This document shows, piece after piece, positions 34,360-43,962 of a stretch of 64,000 nt of DNA. The stretch is from Candidatus Uhrbacteria bacterium (lineage in GTDB: Bacteria; Patescibacteriota; Patescibacteriia; UBA9934): assembly GCA_018664485.1 (NCBI GenBank), contig JABJOE010000009.1, positions 76,635 to 140,634 of the forward strand, written 5' to 3'. Position numbers and translations under genes: made by a program. Position 1 is the first letter of the stretch, and each line of letters begins with the position of its first letter. Below the pieces are notes generated by a model. The model saw only the letters and a list, made by a program, of their open reading frames with translations. It was not told the origin of the DNA and made no database searches.

Positions 34360-34851
34360 ATGTGCCCCCTTTTGGTCACAGCTACTTCGCAACCCGACTT
34401 TTCAAACCCCTTCTCCATTGTTGGATTTCTGGTACAAAATGCAGCCGACCGTGAAGATGTACAACAAAATGAAATCGACCGGTGGGTAGCTGCAATCGCA
34501 AATATCGACTCTATTACCCGGCACGAAGATCCCGATTTGCGATACAGGCTCGCACAGTGTATTGCCAGATGCGGCTTCGGCCACAGTACCGGGCGCGACG
34601 TCTCGGGCAGTATGCTGCTCAACGAACTGAGCAGCACGGAATGCTACATGGATGGAAGCGAACCGAAAACCGCCCAAGAGATACGTGTAATGCTCTATTG
34701 CGGAAACCTGAATTCTCTTGCAGAAGCACAAGAAGGCGACATTCGTGCTGCGATCTTCGCAGCCTGCGCACTGAAGTATGCGGTTAGAGAATTCGCCTCA
34801 GAGCACCCCGTGCTCGCAATCCAAGTCTACTTGTTTGGTCACGGTAACTGA
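34360..34851 (+). CDS. hypothetical protein in a GC-rich island (163 aa), divergent from nrdJ
   Basis: ATG after a GGAGA SD. Extended -10 TGTATAAT upstream. GC clearly elevated. A strong terminator follows. Confidence 0.45.
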   Translation: MCPLLVTATSQPDFSNPFSIVGFLVQNAADREDVQQNEIDRWVAAIANIDSITRHEDPDLRYRLAQCIARCGFGHSTGRDVSGSMLLNELSSTECYMDGSEPKTAQEIRVMLYCGNLNSLAEAQEGDIRAAIFAACALKYAVREFASEHPVLAIQVYLFGHGN

Positions 34852-34865
34852 TCAACGCCCCTCAC

Positions 34866-34902
34866 CCCCGTTTCCTCCTTGGAGACGGGGGATGTCTGTT
34901 TA
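34866..34902 (+). terminator. intrinsic terminator
   Basis: CCCCCGTTTCC-tcctt-GGAGACGGGGG followed by ATGTCTGTTT. Confidence 0.6.
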
Positions 34903-35484
34903 AAATCCCATTGTGAGATTGATTCCTGATGACTCTTTTTTCGGAACGGAGAAATCAATATCTACCTTCTTACGCTCGCCACCTCTATCATCAAAAAGAA
35001 TGAAACCATTCTCTACTCCAAACTCAAAAACCTCTTTTGTAACTTTAACGTCCTGCATACAATAATCAATGATCTCCTGTACCTTCCCTTCTTTCCACCA
35101 TGCAACAGCCTGCAAACCATGTGCACTTTTCTTTGCACCTATCGTAGCGGACGCAACATCATCAAGCTTGATTCGAAAGCCTAGACTCAATCGAATTTTC
35201 TCAAGCATGTCGATCTGCGGAATCTTCAAAAAGTCACCTGCGTAATATTTGTTCAAAATCGGAACATCAAAACCGATTGAGTTGTATCCGATAATAGAGT
35301 CAGCCTGTTCTAGTCGTATAAATAAATCCTGCAATGTCTCTTGAGTGTACGACTCCCAAGAATCATCTTCATAAAAATATGCACACACAACAGATAGATC
35401 CAGCTTGGTAGGAAAATACCCACCAACATCCTGAAATGTATTTCTCGTTTCAATATCTAGGACAACAGCTTTTGACATACGCAA
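34900..35484 (-). CDS. DEDD-family 3'-5' exonuclease (DnaQ/RNase T-like fold)
   Basis: Exo I LDIETRNT; Exo II YNSIGFDVPIL; Exo III YCMQDV (DEDDy). Confidence 0.6.
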   Translation of the reverse strand: MRMSKAVVLDIETRNTFQDVGGYFPTKLDLSVVCAYFYEDDSWESYTQETLQDLFIRLEQADSIIGYNSIGFDVPILNKYYAGDFLKIPQIDMLEKIRLSLGFRIKLDDVASATIGAKKSAHGLQAVAWWKEGKVQEIIDYCMQDVKVTKEVFEFGVENGFILFDDRGGERKKVDIDFSVPKKESSGINLTMGF

Positions 35485-35539
35485 GGCATTGTAGCATATC
35501 TACTTAAACCAACAGAATATAGCAGGCTATCAGGAAAAA

Positions 35540-36076
35540 CTATGCTAAATCTTTAACGTGATAGATATAAAAAGTACTTCCATCTACTTTAAAGCTACGC
35601 ATCGGAATAACTCCAGTAAACGGAAAACCTCGCGAAATTACTCGAGTAGTCTGAGGGAGCTTACTTAATGGTGCGCGCAATCTATCAACCGCTTTTGGAA
35701 ATAGATACATGAAGATGACATCTGTTTTCTCCAGCGATGAATTGAACATATTCTCACGTGAAATTGTTACATTTCCGCCACGAAGACGAAAACGCGCGAT
35801 GTATGCAAGGATCGGGTTAATCTCATACCCAACAAGCTTGCCGGCACCAGACTTGCGAGCAGCGAGCAATACAGAACCATCACCGCACCCTATATCTGTC
35901 ACAGACTGACCTTCTTTCAAACCAGCTTTCACAAAAGCTTTCTCCATCATCTTCTGCTTCGTCGCAACAAATGGAGCGCCAAACAAAATACTTACCCCGA
36001 ATGACCCAATCACAAGCGAAAGGAGCATCAAGATAATGACTAGCAAAAACATTAACAGTAGAAATATATTATTCAT
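35540..36076 (-). CDS. membrane-anchored class I SAM-dependent methyltransferase
   Basis: N-terminal TM helix; DIGCGDG SAM-binding motif. Confidence 0.65.
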   Translation of the reverse strand: MNNIFLLLMFLLVIILMLLSLVIGSFGVSILFGAPFVATKQKMMEKAFVKAGLKEGQSVTDIGCGDGSVLLAARKSGAGKLVGYEINPILAYIARFRLRGGNVTISRENMFNSSLEKTDVIFMYLFPKAVDRLRAPLSKLPQTTRVISRGFPFTGVIPMRSFKVDGSTFYIYHVKDLA

Positions 36077-37454
36077 AGCGTCCTAGTGCCGCAGCAATAC
36101 TTTCAGAATATGTCGGGAATGCGTGGATCATGGTACTAAGATCCTTTGCGGTTGCGCCCAAATGCATCCCTAGAGCAATTTCGTGGATTACCTCTCCGGC
36201 ACACGCACCGATCATATGACCACCTAAAATTAAACCTGTTTTCTTTTCAACAACAATCTTTATGATTCCAACTCTATTATTATCAGTCACCGAACGACCT
36301 AGGCCGCCAACTGGAAACTTAGCAACTTCAACCTTAATCTTTCTATCAGCAGCCTCTTTCGCCGTAATACCCACAGATGCAACTTCTGGATGAATAAAGG
36401 TAGCACGAGGCACAACACGCATATCGCGCTTTTTCATAGAACGAGTTGTCTTTGAAAGTGCATTGTGAGCCGCGATAGTACCTTCCAGATGTGCTGTATG
36501 GGTAAACTGCATTCCACCATCAACATCACCTGCTGCGAATATGTGTTTTATATTTGTACGCTGATATTCATCTGTATGCAAGCGTCCAACTTCATCTAAC
36601 TTAACTCCCGCTTTATCTAACGACAACTCGGTTACAGCAGCTCTTTTACCGGCAGCCAGCAAAACATGGTCAACTAGAATGCTCTGTCTTTTTTGCGCCC
36701 CAACCTGATACTCAACTCTAACCCTCTTCCCCTCCTTCTTTACAGACAATGTTTTTGTACTTAGTTTAATGTCTACCCCAATCTCCTGGAGTTGAGCGCC
36801 AGCAATAGCACCGATCTCAGAGTCCTCTCGTTGCAGAACCTGCTCCGACAACTGAAGGACCTTTACCTGGGTTCCAAGCATCGCAAAAAACGTTGCAAAC
36901 TCACAACCAACCGGGCCACCGCCAATAATAGCTATGGACTTAGGCTGCACTGTGAGTGAAACTGCGTCATGGAAAGTGAGATACCCAGATTTTTTCAAAC
37001 CATCAATAGGCGGAACGAATGTAGTGGTTCCAGTAGCTAAAATTATACTCTTACCTTTGTACTTATTCTTTCCGACTCTGACAGTGTGGTCATCAACAAA
37101 CACAGCAGAACCGCGAACAACATCTATGCCAAGCTCTTTTGCAATCCGATCCATCTTTTTACCCTTCCCGGTTATAGCGCTTACCACAGCGTCCTTACGC
37201 GCCATAATTTCCTTAAAGCTAAATGACACAGATGAAGCATGGATTCCAAAATCTTTCAGATCATTTTTGGCTTCGTGATACAGCTTTGCGCTACGAAGAA
37301 GTGCCTTTGTTGGTACACATGCCCAATTTGGACACTCGCCACCCATGCGGCCTTTCTCAATTATGCAAACACTAGCTCCGGTGTTTGCCGCAACCTCAGC
37401 CGCACTAAATCCGGCTGACCCTCCTCCAATCACAATAACGTCGTACATCGCCAT
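36069..37454 (-). CDS. FAD-dependent pyridine nucleotide-disulfide oxidoreductase (dihydrolipoyl dehydrogenase / mercuric reductase-like)
   Basis: N-terminal GxGxxG FAD site. Redox-active GGECPNWACVPTK. C-terminal dimerisation domain with HAFPT. Confidence 0.75.
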   Translation of the reverse strand: MAMYDVIVIGGGSAGFSAAEVAANTGASVCIIEKGRMGGECPNWACVPTKALLRSAKLYHEAKNDLKDFGIHASSVSFSFKEIMARKDAVVSAITGKGKKMDRIAKELGIDVVRGSAVFVDDHTVRVGKNKYKGKSIILATGTTTFVPPIDGLKKSGYLTFHDAVSLTVQPKSIAIIGGGPVGCEFATFFAMLGTQVKVLQLSEQVLQREDSEIGAIAGAQLQEIGVDIKLSTKTLSVKKEGKRVRVEYQVGAQKRQSILVDHVLLAAGKRAAVTELSLDKAGVKLDEVGRLHTDEYQRTNIKHIFAAGDVDGGMQFTHTAHLEGTIAAHNALSKTTRSMKKRDMRVVPRATFIHPEVASVGITAKEAADRKIKVEVAKFPVGGLGRSVTDNNRVGIIKIVVEKKTGLILGGHMIGACAGEVIHEIALGMHLGATAKDLSTMIHAFPTYSESIAAALGRYE

Positions 37455-37456
37455 AG

Positions 37457-38458
37457 CTATTCATTTATTATTTCTCGAGCACCATCCCATAATCTTGGTT
37501 CGCCCTGCTGTGCTAAACGGGCCCACCATTCTACTCCCCAAAAATATACCTCACTCACCCCAACTTGCTGCGCGAAAGCAACGTTAGCTTCAAGATCTTC
37601 TACTGGAAAAGCAGCATACAAATCTTCTGTAGTTCCACTCTGTTCATACAGACCTCCATCAAACCACGGTTCAGCCTGCAATTCTGACACTATCACCTCA
37701 TCTATAAATGGTTCTACAATCGCTCTTTGTATGGAATAAAAGACTGGTGAGTGCGGAAATACAAAAGGTCCTATGACCGGGGTGTGAACCTCTCTATACA
37801 AACTAATACCTAATATATCAACGCGTTCTGCAGAAAAAATCCAAAGCGACTGTTCTCCACTCGTCGTTGACTGAATCGGATGACCAGGATCTAGCCGCCT
37901 GACAATCTCGAACTCATCTGCAATGCGTTCTGGACTTGGTGACGGACATTCACCAAACGGAAAGAAAGGTTCGTTCTCAATCTGCCAACGATGCAAAGCT
38001 TCATGATCCTTATATTGATCGACTGTATTTTTTAACAGTGCATAGGTATGAACATCAAGCTCTGATACCTCATAATCCTTCGCCCAATCAGGCAAAAAAC
38101 ATTCCGGCCATCTTGGAACCTTCAATCCAACAGCAAGTGTTACATCTACTCCACGAGTAGCCGCCTCATCCATCATCCAGTCCAAATCTTCGAAGTCATA
38201 TACATTGGGCTCAACTTCGATCTCTGACCAGTACACAGGAATCCTCCACGCCTCGATTCCCAGATCATCCATTCCTGCAATATAAACTTCACGCCAATCA
38301 AGCTCAAGATACTCAGCGTAAACATTCGAAAATGTAGCTCCGTACGTTATATCTTCTTTTGGTGCCAACCATTTAAAATACCAAATACCAGTCGCGGCTA
38401 TAACGACTAGCGCGAGGATAATGACTAGAATAATTTTCCTCAACCCCCTCTTTTTCAT
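37457..38458 (-). CDS. membrane-anchored TIM-barrel glycoside hydrolase (GH5/GH113-like)
   Basis: N-terminal anchor. The NEP catalytic acid motif (IENEPFFPFGE) is typical of clan GH-A. Confidence 0.5.
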   Translation of the reverse strand: MKKRGLRKIILVIILALVVIAATGIWYFKWLAPKEDITYGATFSNVYAEYLELDWREVYIAGMDDLGIEAWRIPVYWSEIEVEPNVYDFEDLDWMMDEAATRGVDVTLAVGLKVPRWPECFLPDWAKDYEVSELDVHTYALLKNTVDQYKDHEALHRWQIENEPFFPFGECPSPSPERIADEFEIVRRLDPGHPIQSTTSGEQSLWIFSAERVDILGISLYREVHTPVIGPFVFPHSPVFYSIQRAIVEPFIDEVIVSELQAEPWFDGGLYEQSGTTEDLYAAFPVEDLEANVAFAQQVGVSEVYFWGVEWWARLAQQGEPRLWDGAREIINE

Positions 38459-38537
38459 AGTCCAATTAATACATCACGCTTCTTTTCCTGCATCTCTCGC
38501 CGATAATTATAAATAGGCTAAATATTTTGGGAACTCT

Positions 38538-38636
38538 GAGGTACGTTTGCTTGGTCCACCACATTTCTACTAAGGCGGAAACGTACCGAGGTGTTAGATG
38601 AGCTGCCGCAGGAGCAGCGAGTCGTCCCATAAATAA
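38538..38636. other. GC-rich intergenic structured element (9-bp perfect stem GGTACGTTT/AAACGTACC plus second hairpin)
   Basis: Inverted repeats seen in the sequence; function unknown. Confidence 0.3.
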
Positions 38637-38649
38637 TTAGTCGTATTTA

Positions 38650-40230
38650 TCATGATAGCTCCTCCTTCTTCTCTTTTACAAATTCAAACCATTCTTCCGT
38701 GAAGCGTACAGCAACTTTGTATGGAGCCTCAATAATGAAGTCGAAGAAATAGATAAAGACATTCACCTTTGCAACCTTCACAGATAACCATCGTCCTGCA
38801 CGCACTATTGGAAGCATTAGAAGGTCAAACATTGAACCGATGATACCGCGGCGGGACTTTGAAAGTATAATATCCCTTGTAAGCCCACGAATGCGAATTC
38901 CAAAGAATGTTACAAGCGACAGGAAGAACAAGAACAATGCAATAGAAAAAGCATTGAAACCAAGCTTATGCAAGAAAAATGCGATAGCACCGTATATAAC
39001 AAAGAACAATAGAGAATATACTACCGCAAAAATCTGCTTCCACGCACCGAATCTATTGACTTGCACCTTAACATTCAACATATCGTGGCTCGCACCTACT
39101 ACAAGAGCGCGTGCTGCTGACTTATAGTCCTCAGCATTACGACGTTCCGGCAAAGTTACAGTAAGTCCTATGATGGCCAAGAAGATCGGGTGGAATAAAA
39201 TATTTACAATAAGTGGAACTATAAATAGCTCACCATGTACAAGTAAGTCGTATGGAATCTCGAGTATCAGAGCTAAGAACATCTTTGTTATGAACAAAAA
39301 TGCTACTGCCCGCACAACCGTTCTCCGTAAACGTTTTCGGAATGTACTAGTCTGTACTTTTAACCTCTTCCACATTGCACGACCTAACAAATCCGGTTCC
39401 TGTGTAACATACCCCTCAAACTCATGTGGAAAATTTTCAATGACATCCAGCAACACGCGGAACAATCCAGCCTTACGACGAACGCGATGAGTAAGCTTCT
39501 CAGTCAACCAATGCTCAATCTGCAAATCAACGGTCGCTATTACAGTTTCTAGATTTTGTGCAATCTCCAAAATTCGAGCCCGCGATGATGCGCCAACCCA
39601 ATCCGGATAATACAGTGTCATCAACCTGTAACGAAGTGTTGCATGGTTAGATTTGAGTAATGTCTTGTGGCATGCAACGAAAAGTCTAATGTCCCTATCC
39701 TCTTCACTTACATCAAGTTTAGTATCCCACGCGGTTCTCTTCTTTAACTCCTCATACATGTAACTTGCCATGTACTCCTCTCTATCATGCGAAATCAATG
39801 TATATTCAACTTCTGTCGACAATACATCTAACACCCATGTCATTGCATATTCTGGGTTTGATGTCTTCTGAGCTGCGTCAAAGATTGGTCCGTACTTTAA
39901 AAAGACTGGTTTTAAATCGTTAATAAATGATGTTGGGACCTGCTTATTTGGAAGATATTTTGCCCAAACAAGTTCCTGCAATAAAAGTGATGCCATGTCT
40001 TCCAGAACCGTATCGGAACCCAAATACCTACGCAATATTCGCGTAATGGCATTCCGTCTAAGAAGATGCTCTTCCTGATATTCAAGCGTTGTACGAACAC
40101 GTTCATACAGTGCTGCGGCAGTAGATGCCGGAACACTAACCTCAATAGTCTCCTCCCCATCACCTTCAGGTGGAACCATTGGTTTTGAGCCGATAATAGC
40201 TTGGCCGATTTGTGAGAGTCGATTGGACAT
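38650..40230 (-). CDS. hypothetical membrane protein (about 270-aa cytosolic N-domain plus about 6 TM helices)
   Basis: Hydrophobic C-terminal half; no recognisable catalytic motif. Confidence 0.5.
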   Translation of the reverse strand: MSNRLSQIGQAIIGSKPMVPPEGDGEETIEVSVPASTAAALYERVRTTLEYQEEHLLRRNAITRILRRYLGSDTVLEDMASLLLQELVWAKYLPNKQVPTSFINDLKPVFLKYGPIFDAAQKTSNPEYAMTWVLDVLSTEVEYTLISHDREEYMASYMYEELKKRTAWDTKLDVSEEDRDIRLFVACHKTLLKSNHATLRYRLMTLYYPDWVGASSRARILEIAQNLETVIATVDLQIEHWLTEKLTHRVRRKAGLFRVLLDVIENFPHEFEGYVTQEPDLLGRAMWKRLKVQTSTFRKRLRRTVVRAVAFLFITKMFLALILEIPYDLLVHGELFIVPLIVNILFHPIFLAIIGLTVTLPERRNAEDYKSAARALVVGASHDMLNVKVQVNRFGAWKQIFAVVYSLLFFVIYGAIAFFLHKLGFNAFSIALFLFFLSLVTFFGIRIRGLTRDIILSKSRRGIIGSMFDLLMLPIVRAGRWLSVKVAKVNVFIYFFDFIIEAPYKVAVRFTEEWFEFVKEKKEELS

Positions 40231-40238
40231 GTGTTGTT

Positions 40239-40690
40239 TTAGGGATTAGGGATTAGGTGTTAGGTATCAAAACTCATCAGAGACCAGCTTTCAATGAACG
40301 GATTGAGCTATTTAACATCTTCATAACCTCAGTAAGTGACCCCAATAACGGGTTGACACCGTCATCGTCAACAAACTTTAAACGTTTTGCGATCTCTATC
40401 TGTGTTTCCAATTCTGACCCTGAAGCATACGCAATATAAACAAAACGCAGAAATTCTTTTCTGGAGCCCCTGCCACGTCCCTCTGCAATATTAGAGGGAA
40501 TAGAAACGGCGCATCTCCTCATCTGTGATATAAGTCCATATTGTTCTTCTTTGGGGAAACTCGCAGTCATACGATAGACCGATACCACTAAGTCCATTGC
40601 CTTTTGCCACATGACTAAATCTTTATAACTCTTCACCTCCATACCTATAAGATAGTGTCTATCACCTAATACCTGATACCTATAACCTGA
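40239..40690. mobile_element. IVS-like element: long imperfect inverted repeat of TAGGT heptads enclosing a four-helix-bundle protein gene
   Basis: Left arm TTAGGGATTAGGGATTAGGTGTTAGGTATCA (40239-40270). Right arm TGATACCTATAACCTGA region (40661-40690). The arms are reverse-complementary with wobble pairs and abut the ORF stop and start. Confidence 0.45.
40277..40642 (-). CDS. four-helix-bundle protein (23S rRNA intervening-sequence protein family; Avd-like)
   Basis: 121 aa; …VYRMTASFPKEEQYGLISQMRRCAVSIPSNIAEG… is the hallmark block of the PF05635/TIGR02436 family. Confidence 0.8.
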   Translation of the reverse strand: MEVKSYKDLVMWQKAMDLVVSVYRMTASFPKEEQYGLISQMRRCAVSIPSNIAEGRGRGSRKEFLRFVYIAYASGSELETQIEIAKRLKFVDDDGVNPLLGSLTEVMKMLNSSIRSLKAGL

Positions 40691-40693
40691 CCA

Positions 40694-41416
40694 CTAAAAG
40701 AAGGTTCTGTCTTTTGAGCCCTTGATAAGGTTAAAAGCCTCCTCTCCTGAATCAACAATTTTTACAAGATCCAAGTCCTCCGGGGAGATCGTTTCAAACT
40801 CCTCCGCCATTGTCTCTTTGACCCACGAGAATAAGCCGTTCCAATAGTCTTTACCGATTAAAATAACTGGGATCGTTTCAGATTTCCCTGTCTGAATGAG
40901 TGTAAGGATTTCAAACAACTCATCCATTGTTCCAAATCCACCAGGCATATATACATACGCCTGAGCAGAAGCTGCAAGCATCACTTTTCTGGTGAAGAAA
41001 TAATGAAATCCCAATCCCTTGTTTACAAAAGGATTTAAACTCTGCTCCATTGGTAATTGAATGTTCATTCCAACAGAAATACCACCACCTTCGTGTGCAC
41101 CTTTATTTGCCGCTTCCATCATTCCGCCGCCACCTCCTGTAACGACAGTAAAGTCATTCTCTGCCAGTAAGCGTCCAAGAGTAACTGCTTCTCCGTACCA
41201 CTTACTAGTCGGAGCGGTACGTGCAGATCCAAAGATGGTCACCTCGCGTTTGAGCGTAGAGAGGAACTGAAAACCTTCCACGAACTCAGCCATTATTCGA
41301 AAAATCCTCCAAGTGATGTCTGACATCTTTGGTGGTTCTCCCGCCTGTTTTTTTGACTCAATTTCATCCGCGGCTAAAGGAATGCGGCAAATATCTTCTT
41401 GATGTTTTTTTCCCAT
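40694..41416 (-). CDS. LOG-family protein (cytokinin riboside 5'-monophosphate phosphoribohydrolase-like)
   Basis: GGGxGxMEAANKGA and PGGFGTMDE motifs. Confidence 0.8.
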   Translation of the reverse strand: MGKKHQEDICRIPLAADEIESKKQAGEPPKMSDITWRIFRIMAEFVEGFQFLSTLKREVTIFGSARTAPTSKWYGEAVTLGRLLAENDFTVVTGGGGGMMEAANKGAHEGGGISVGMNIQLPMEQSLNPFVNKGLGFHYFFTRKVMLAASAQAYVYMPGGFGTMDELFEILTLIQTGKSETIPVILIGKDYWNGLFSWVKETMAEEFETISPEDLDLVKIVDSGEEAFNLIKGSKDRTFF

Positions 41417-41481
41417 ATAACAGAATTATAACACGTCTAAAAACCAAAAACGAGACCTTGCGACAGTCTCGTTTCTAAGCT

Positions 41482-41859
41482 CTAGTCAGTGTACTCTCTA
41501 ATCTTTTTAATTACGGTTTCAAGTGTCGTATCCGATTTTACAATATAATCAACTACGCCAAGTGTTTTCGCCCTATCAACATCAGTAACCTGACCTAAGT
41601 TAGTAAGCATTATTACAGGTATATCCTTAAGCTCATCATCTTCTCTCATAGCATCGAGCACGCCAAACCCATCTAACTTTGGCATGATAATATCCAACAA
41701 AACCAGAACGGGTTTTCGTGAACGCATCAACTCTAAACCAATTTCACCATTCTCAGCTACTTCAGCAACAAAGCCTTCTTTATCGAGCTTTGTATTGTAT
41801 ATATTCGCTAAAAACTTGTCGTCTTCAACAATAAGAACATATTTTTTTGAATCCTCCAT
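41482..41859 (-). CDS. single-domain response regulator (receiver only)
   Basis: LIVEDD; phospho-Asp LLDIIMP; T and K positions present. No output domain. Confidence 0.8.
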   Translation of the reverse strand: MEDSKKYVLIVEDDKFLANIYNTKLDKEGFVAEVAENGEIGLELMRSRKPVLVLLDIIMPKLDGFGVLDAMREDDELKDIPVIMLTNLGQVTDVDRAKTLGVVDYIVKSDTTLETVIKKIREYTD

Positions 41860-41862
41860 ACA

Positions 41863-42285
41863 TTAGGCGATCGCCCCCTGCAGATCAGTTGCGGGCAACT
41901 CAATTATTAACTTCACTCTAGAAATAATATCAGTCAATCTATGTTCAGCTTTCACAAAGAATACAGTAGCTTCAAGTTCAAAAGCCTGAGCCACTACCTC
42001 CTCTGATCCTACATTTGAAACAATCACAACTGCAATATGCTTCCATTTTGAGTTTGCACGAACTCGTTTCAAAAAATCTATTCCACTCATTCCGGGTAAC
42101 ATAACATCAAGCCAAATTAGATCAAAAGATCCACCACCCTCTAACTTCTCGAGCGCCTTTTCAGCTGTAACAACAGTCACCACTTCAAAACCCTCTTGCT
42201 TCAGCTTCCTTGAAACCGCTGATTGCAACGGGACCTCATCCTCTACAACTAGAATCCTTTTTGTCTCGTTTTTTGAAATGGCCAT
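41863..42285 (-). CDS. single-domain response regulator (receiver only)
   Basis: LVVEDE; IWLDVMLPGMSG. Confidence 0.8.
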   Translation of the reverse strand: MAISKNETKRILVVEDEVPLQSAVSRKLKQEGFEVVTVVTAEKALEKLEGGGSFDLIWLDVMLPGMSGIDFLKRVRANSKWKHIAVVIVSNVGSEEVVAQAFELEATVFFVKAEHRLTDIISRVKLIIELPATDLQGAIA

Positions 42286-42287
42286 AA

Positions 42288-42614
42288 TTATTTATCAAGT
42301 ATTTTTTTTATCTTTTCTATCGTATTATCCAAAGACACTTCTGCTTTTACAAAAAAGTATGTCTTACCATCCTCAAGATAATCCTCATAAGCTTTCTCAT
42401 CTGAAGTATTTGTAACTACAAATACCGGAATATTTTTCCAATTATCACTATTCCTTATGTTTTTTAAAACCTCCAAACCATTCATGTTTGGCAAATAGTG
42501 ATCCAGCCAAATTACAGAAGGTGAAGGGTCTAGGTGATCCAAATAATCTAATGCTTGAGCACCATCCCGAGCAGTCACAACATCAAACCCAGAAATACCG
42601 AACTTCCGCACCAT
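42288..42614 (-). CDS. N-terminally truncated or atypical receiver domain protein
   Basis: Phospho-Asp (VIWLDHYLP), T and K are present. The beta1 acidic pair is missing and there is a stop 8 codons upstream in frame. Confidence 0.45.
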   Translation of the reverse strand: MVRKFGISGFDVVTARDGAQALDYLDHLDPSPSVIWLDHYLPNMNGLEVLKNIRNSDNWKNIPVFVVTNTSDEKAYEDYLEDGKTYFFVKAEVSLDNTIEKIKKILDK

Positions 42615-43962
42615 GCGGCGTAACTTTTGGCATTAACAATCCAAGTACCAACATTAATGCTCCACAAATCACACATGCAATACCTACAAAAAGTCCAATA
42701 AATGCAAACGCCATCGGTGAAAAGAAAAGGAACGGGAAACTAATCAATATTCCAACTACCTGGCGAATAAATGATCCTCTTACAAAATACCCATCATCAA
42801 CTAACTTGCGCGTTATCGCTCGTTTAATCTTGGTAACATCTGAAGGCAAAATTCTATTCTTTACCTTGTTTAGCTTAACCTCCGTCTTCTTCTTAAATAG
42901 AAGATCAAACAAGAGCTTATGAGCTTCATCTAAGTCGTCGCCCTCTTTCTTTTTGATGATCGTGATATTACCTGGATGCTTTTTCTTTGTATTCCCCTTT
43001 ACATCCATGTCCAAATACCCCTTAGAAGCAAGCTGGATCACCATTGATGACAATAACCTCTGGCTTGGCTGATGAGATAAAAACGAACCTACATACACAG
43101 CCCAAAGTCCATCAGGTGGATCATACTGGGCTATTATTGTGTCATTACGCTTTGGATCTCGACCGGCCCTAGTCCACCAAAAGAACATTGCGCACAAAGC
43201 CATTAACGGAATAACTCCAGCCCAATTATCCATCAAAAACCACAACACTCTATCAAGCGACGTTGGCCGCCAGATTACGCCCGCTGGAACATCCACGGAA
43301 ACGGTCATAAATCCGTCTGTCGCAAAAGCAATTATATTGTCATCTTGTGCTGAACCACAATCCTGTGACGTAGAACCATATGCGCCCGTATAACAGGACC
43401 ACTGAGTGGGCATAAGTCCATCAGGGAAAATAATTGCAGTCGAACTTTCGTTGATTGGCACCTCCCAATCCGTTCCAGTCACATTCCAATATAATGTCGT
43501 TGCAGTATCGCTATACAACAGTGCACGCTCAACCTCATACACAATCGTATACTCATGCTCACCCGTAATGGTAAGGCTAGGATTACCGATCTTAATAGTT
43601 CTGTCCCCTCCTGATTTATATATATCAACCTGAACTTCCTCTCCATCCAATAAAACACCTTGAACGTTCAAATCTATAGTTTGTCGATTTCCAAGATGGT
43701 CCCGATATACAACTGGAATATCCCGATATATTCCATGCTTCTCAGCATTAAACGTGACATCAATCGTTTCTGTAACTAAAAACGATGCATCTTCACGCAC
43801 CTCAATCTCAGAATCAAAATGATCTATTGACCAGCCGTAAAGATCAACATACATGTCATCTTCAAAATAATCGTATCGATCGTACTCAAGTGCTTGGGCC
43901 GGCAATACAAAAACAACCAACAAAAAAATACTTGCAATAACGCCTGAAAAGAATCTAAACAT
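42583..43962 (-). CDS. DUF2207-family membrane protein
   Basis: The HGIYRDIP block after the signal/anchor is the signature of the DUF2207 N-domain. C-terminal TM helices. Confidence 0.6.
   Translation of the reverse strand: MFRFFSGVIASIFLLVVFVLPAQALEYDRYDYFEDDMYVDLYGWSIDHFDSEIEVREDASFLVTETIDVTFNAEKHGIYRDIPVVYRDHLGNRQTIDLNVQGVLLDGEEVQVDIYKSGGDRTIKIGNPSLTITGEHEYTIVYEVERALLYSDTATTLYWNVTGTDWEVPINESSTAIIFPDGLMPTQWSCYTGAYGSTSQDCGSAQDDNIIAFATDGFMTVSVDVPAGVIWRPTSLDRVLWFLMDNWAGVIPLMALCAMFFWWTRAGRDPKRNDTIIAQYDPPDGLWAVYVGSFLSHQPSQRLLSSMVIQLASKGYLDMDVKGNTKKKHPGNITIIKKKEGDDLDEAHKLLFDLLFKKKTEVKLNKVKNRILPSDVTKIKRAITRKLVDDGYFVRGSFIRQVVGILISFPFLFFSPMAFAFIGLFVGIACVICGALMLVLGLLMPKVTPHGAEVRYFWV

Noticed and set aside
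40239-40690. Considered that the four-helix-bundle gene marks a genuine 23S rRNA intervening sequence.
   Set aside because: No 23S rRNA sequence flanks it. The neighbours are protein-coding genes on both sides. The element is therefore treated as IVS-like but outside rRNA.
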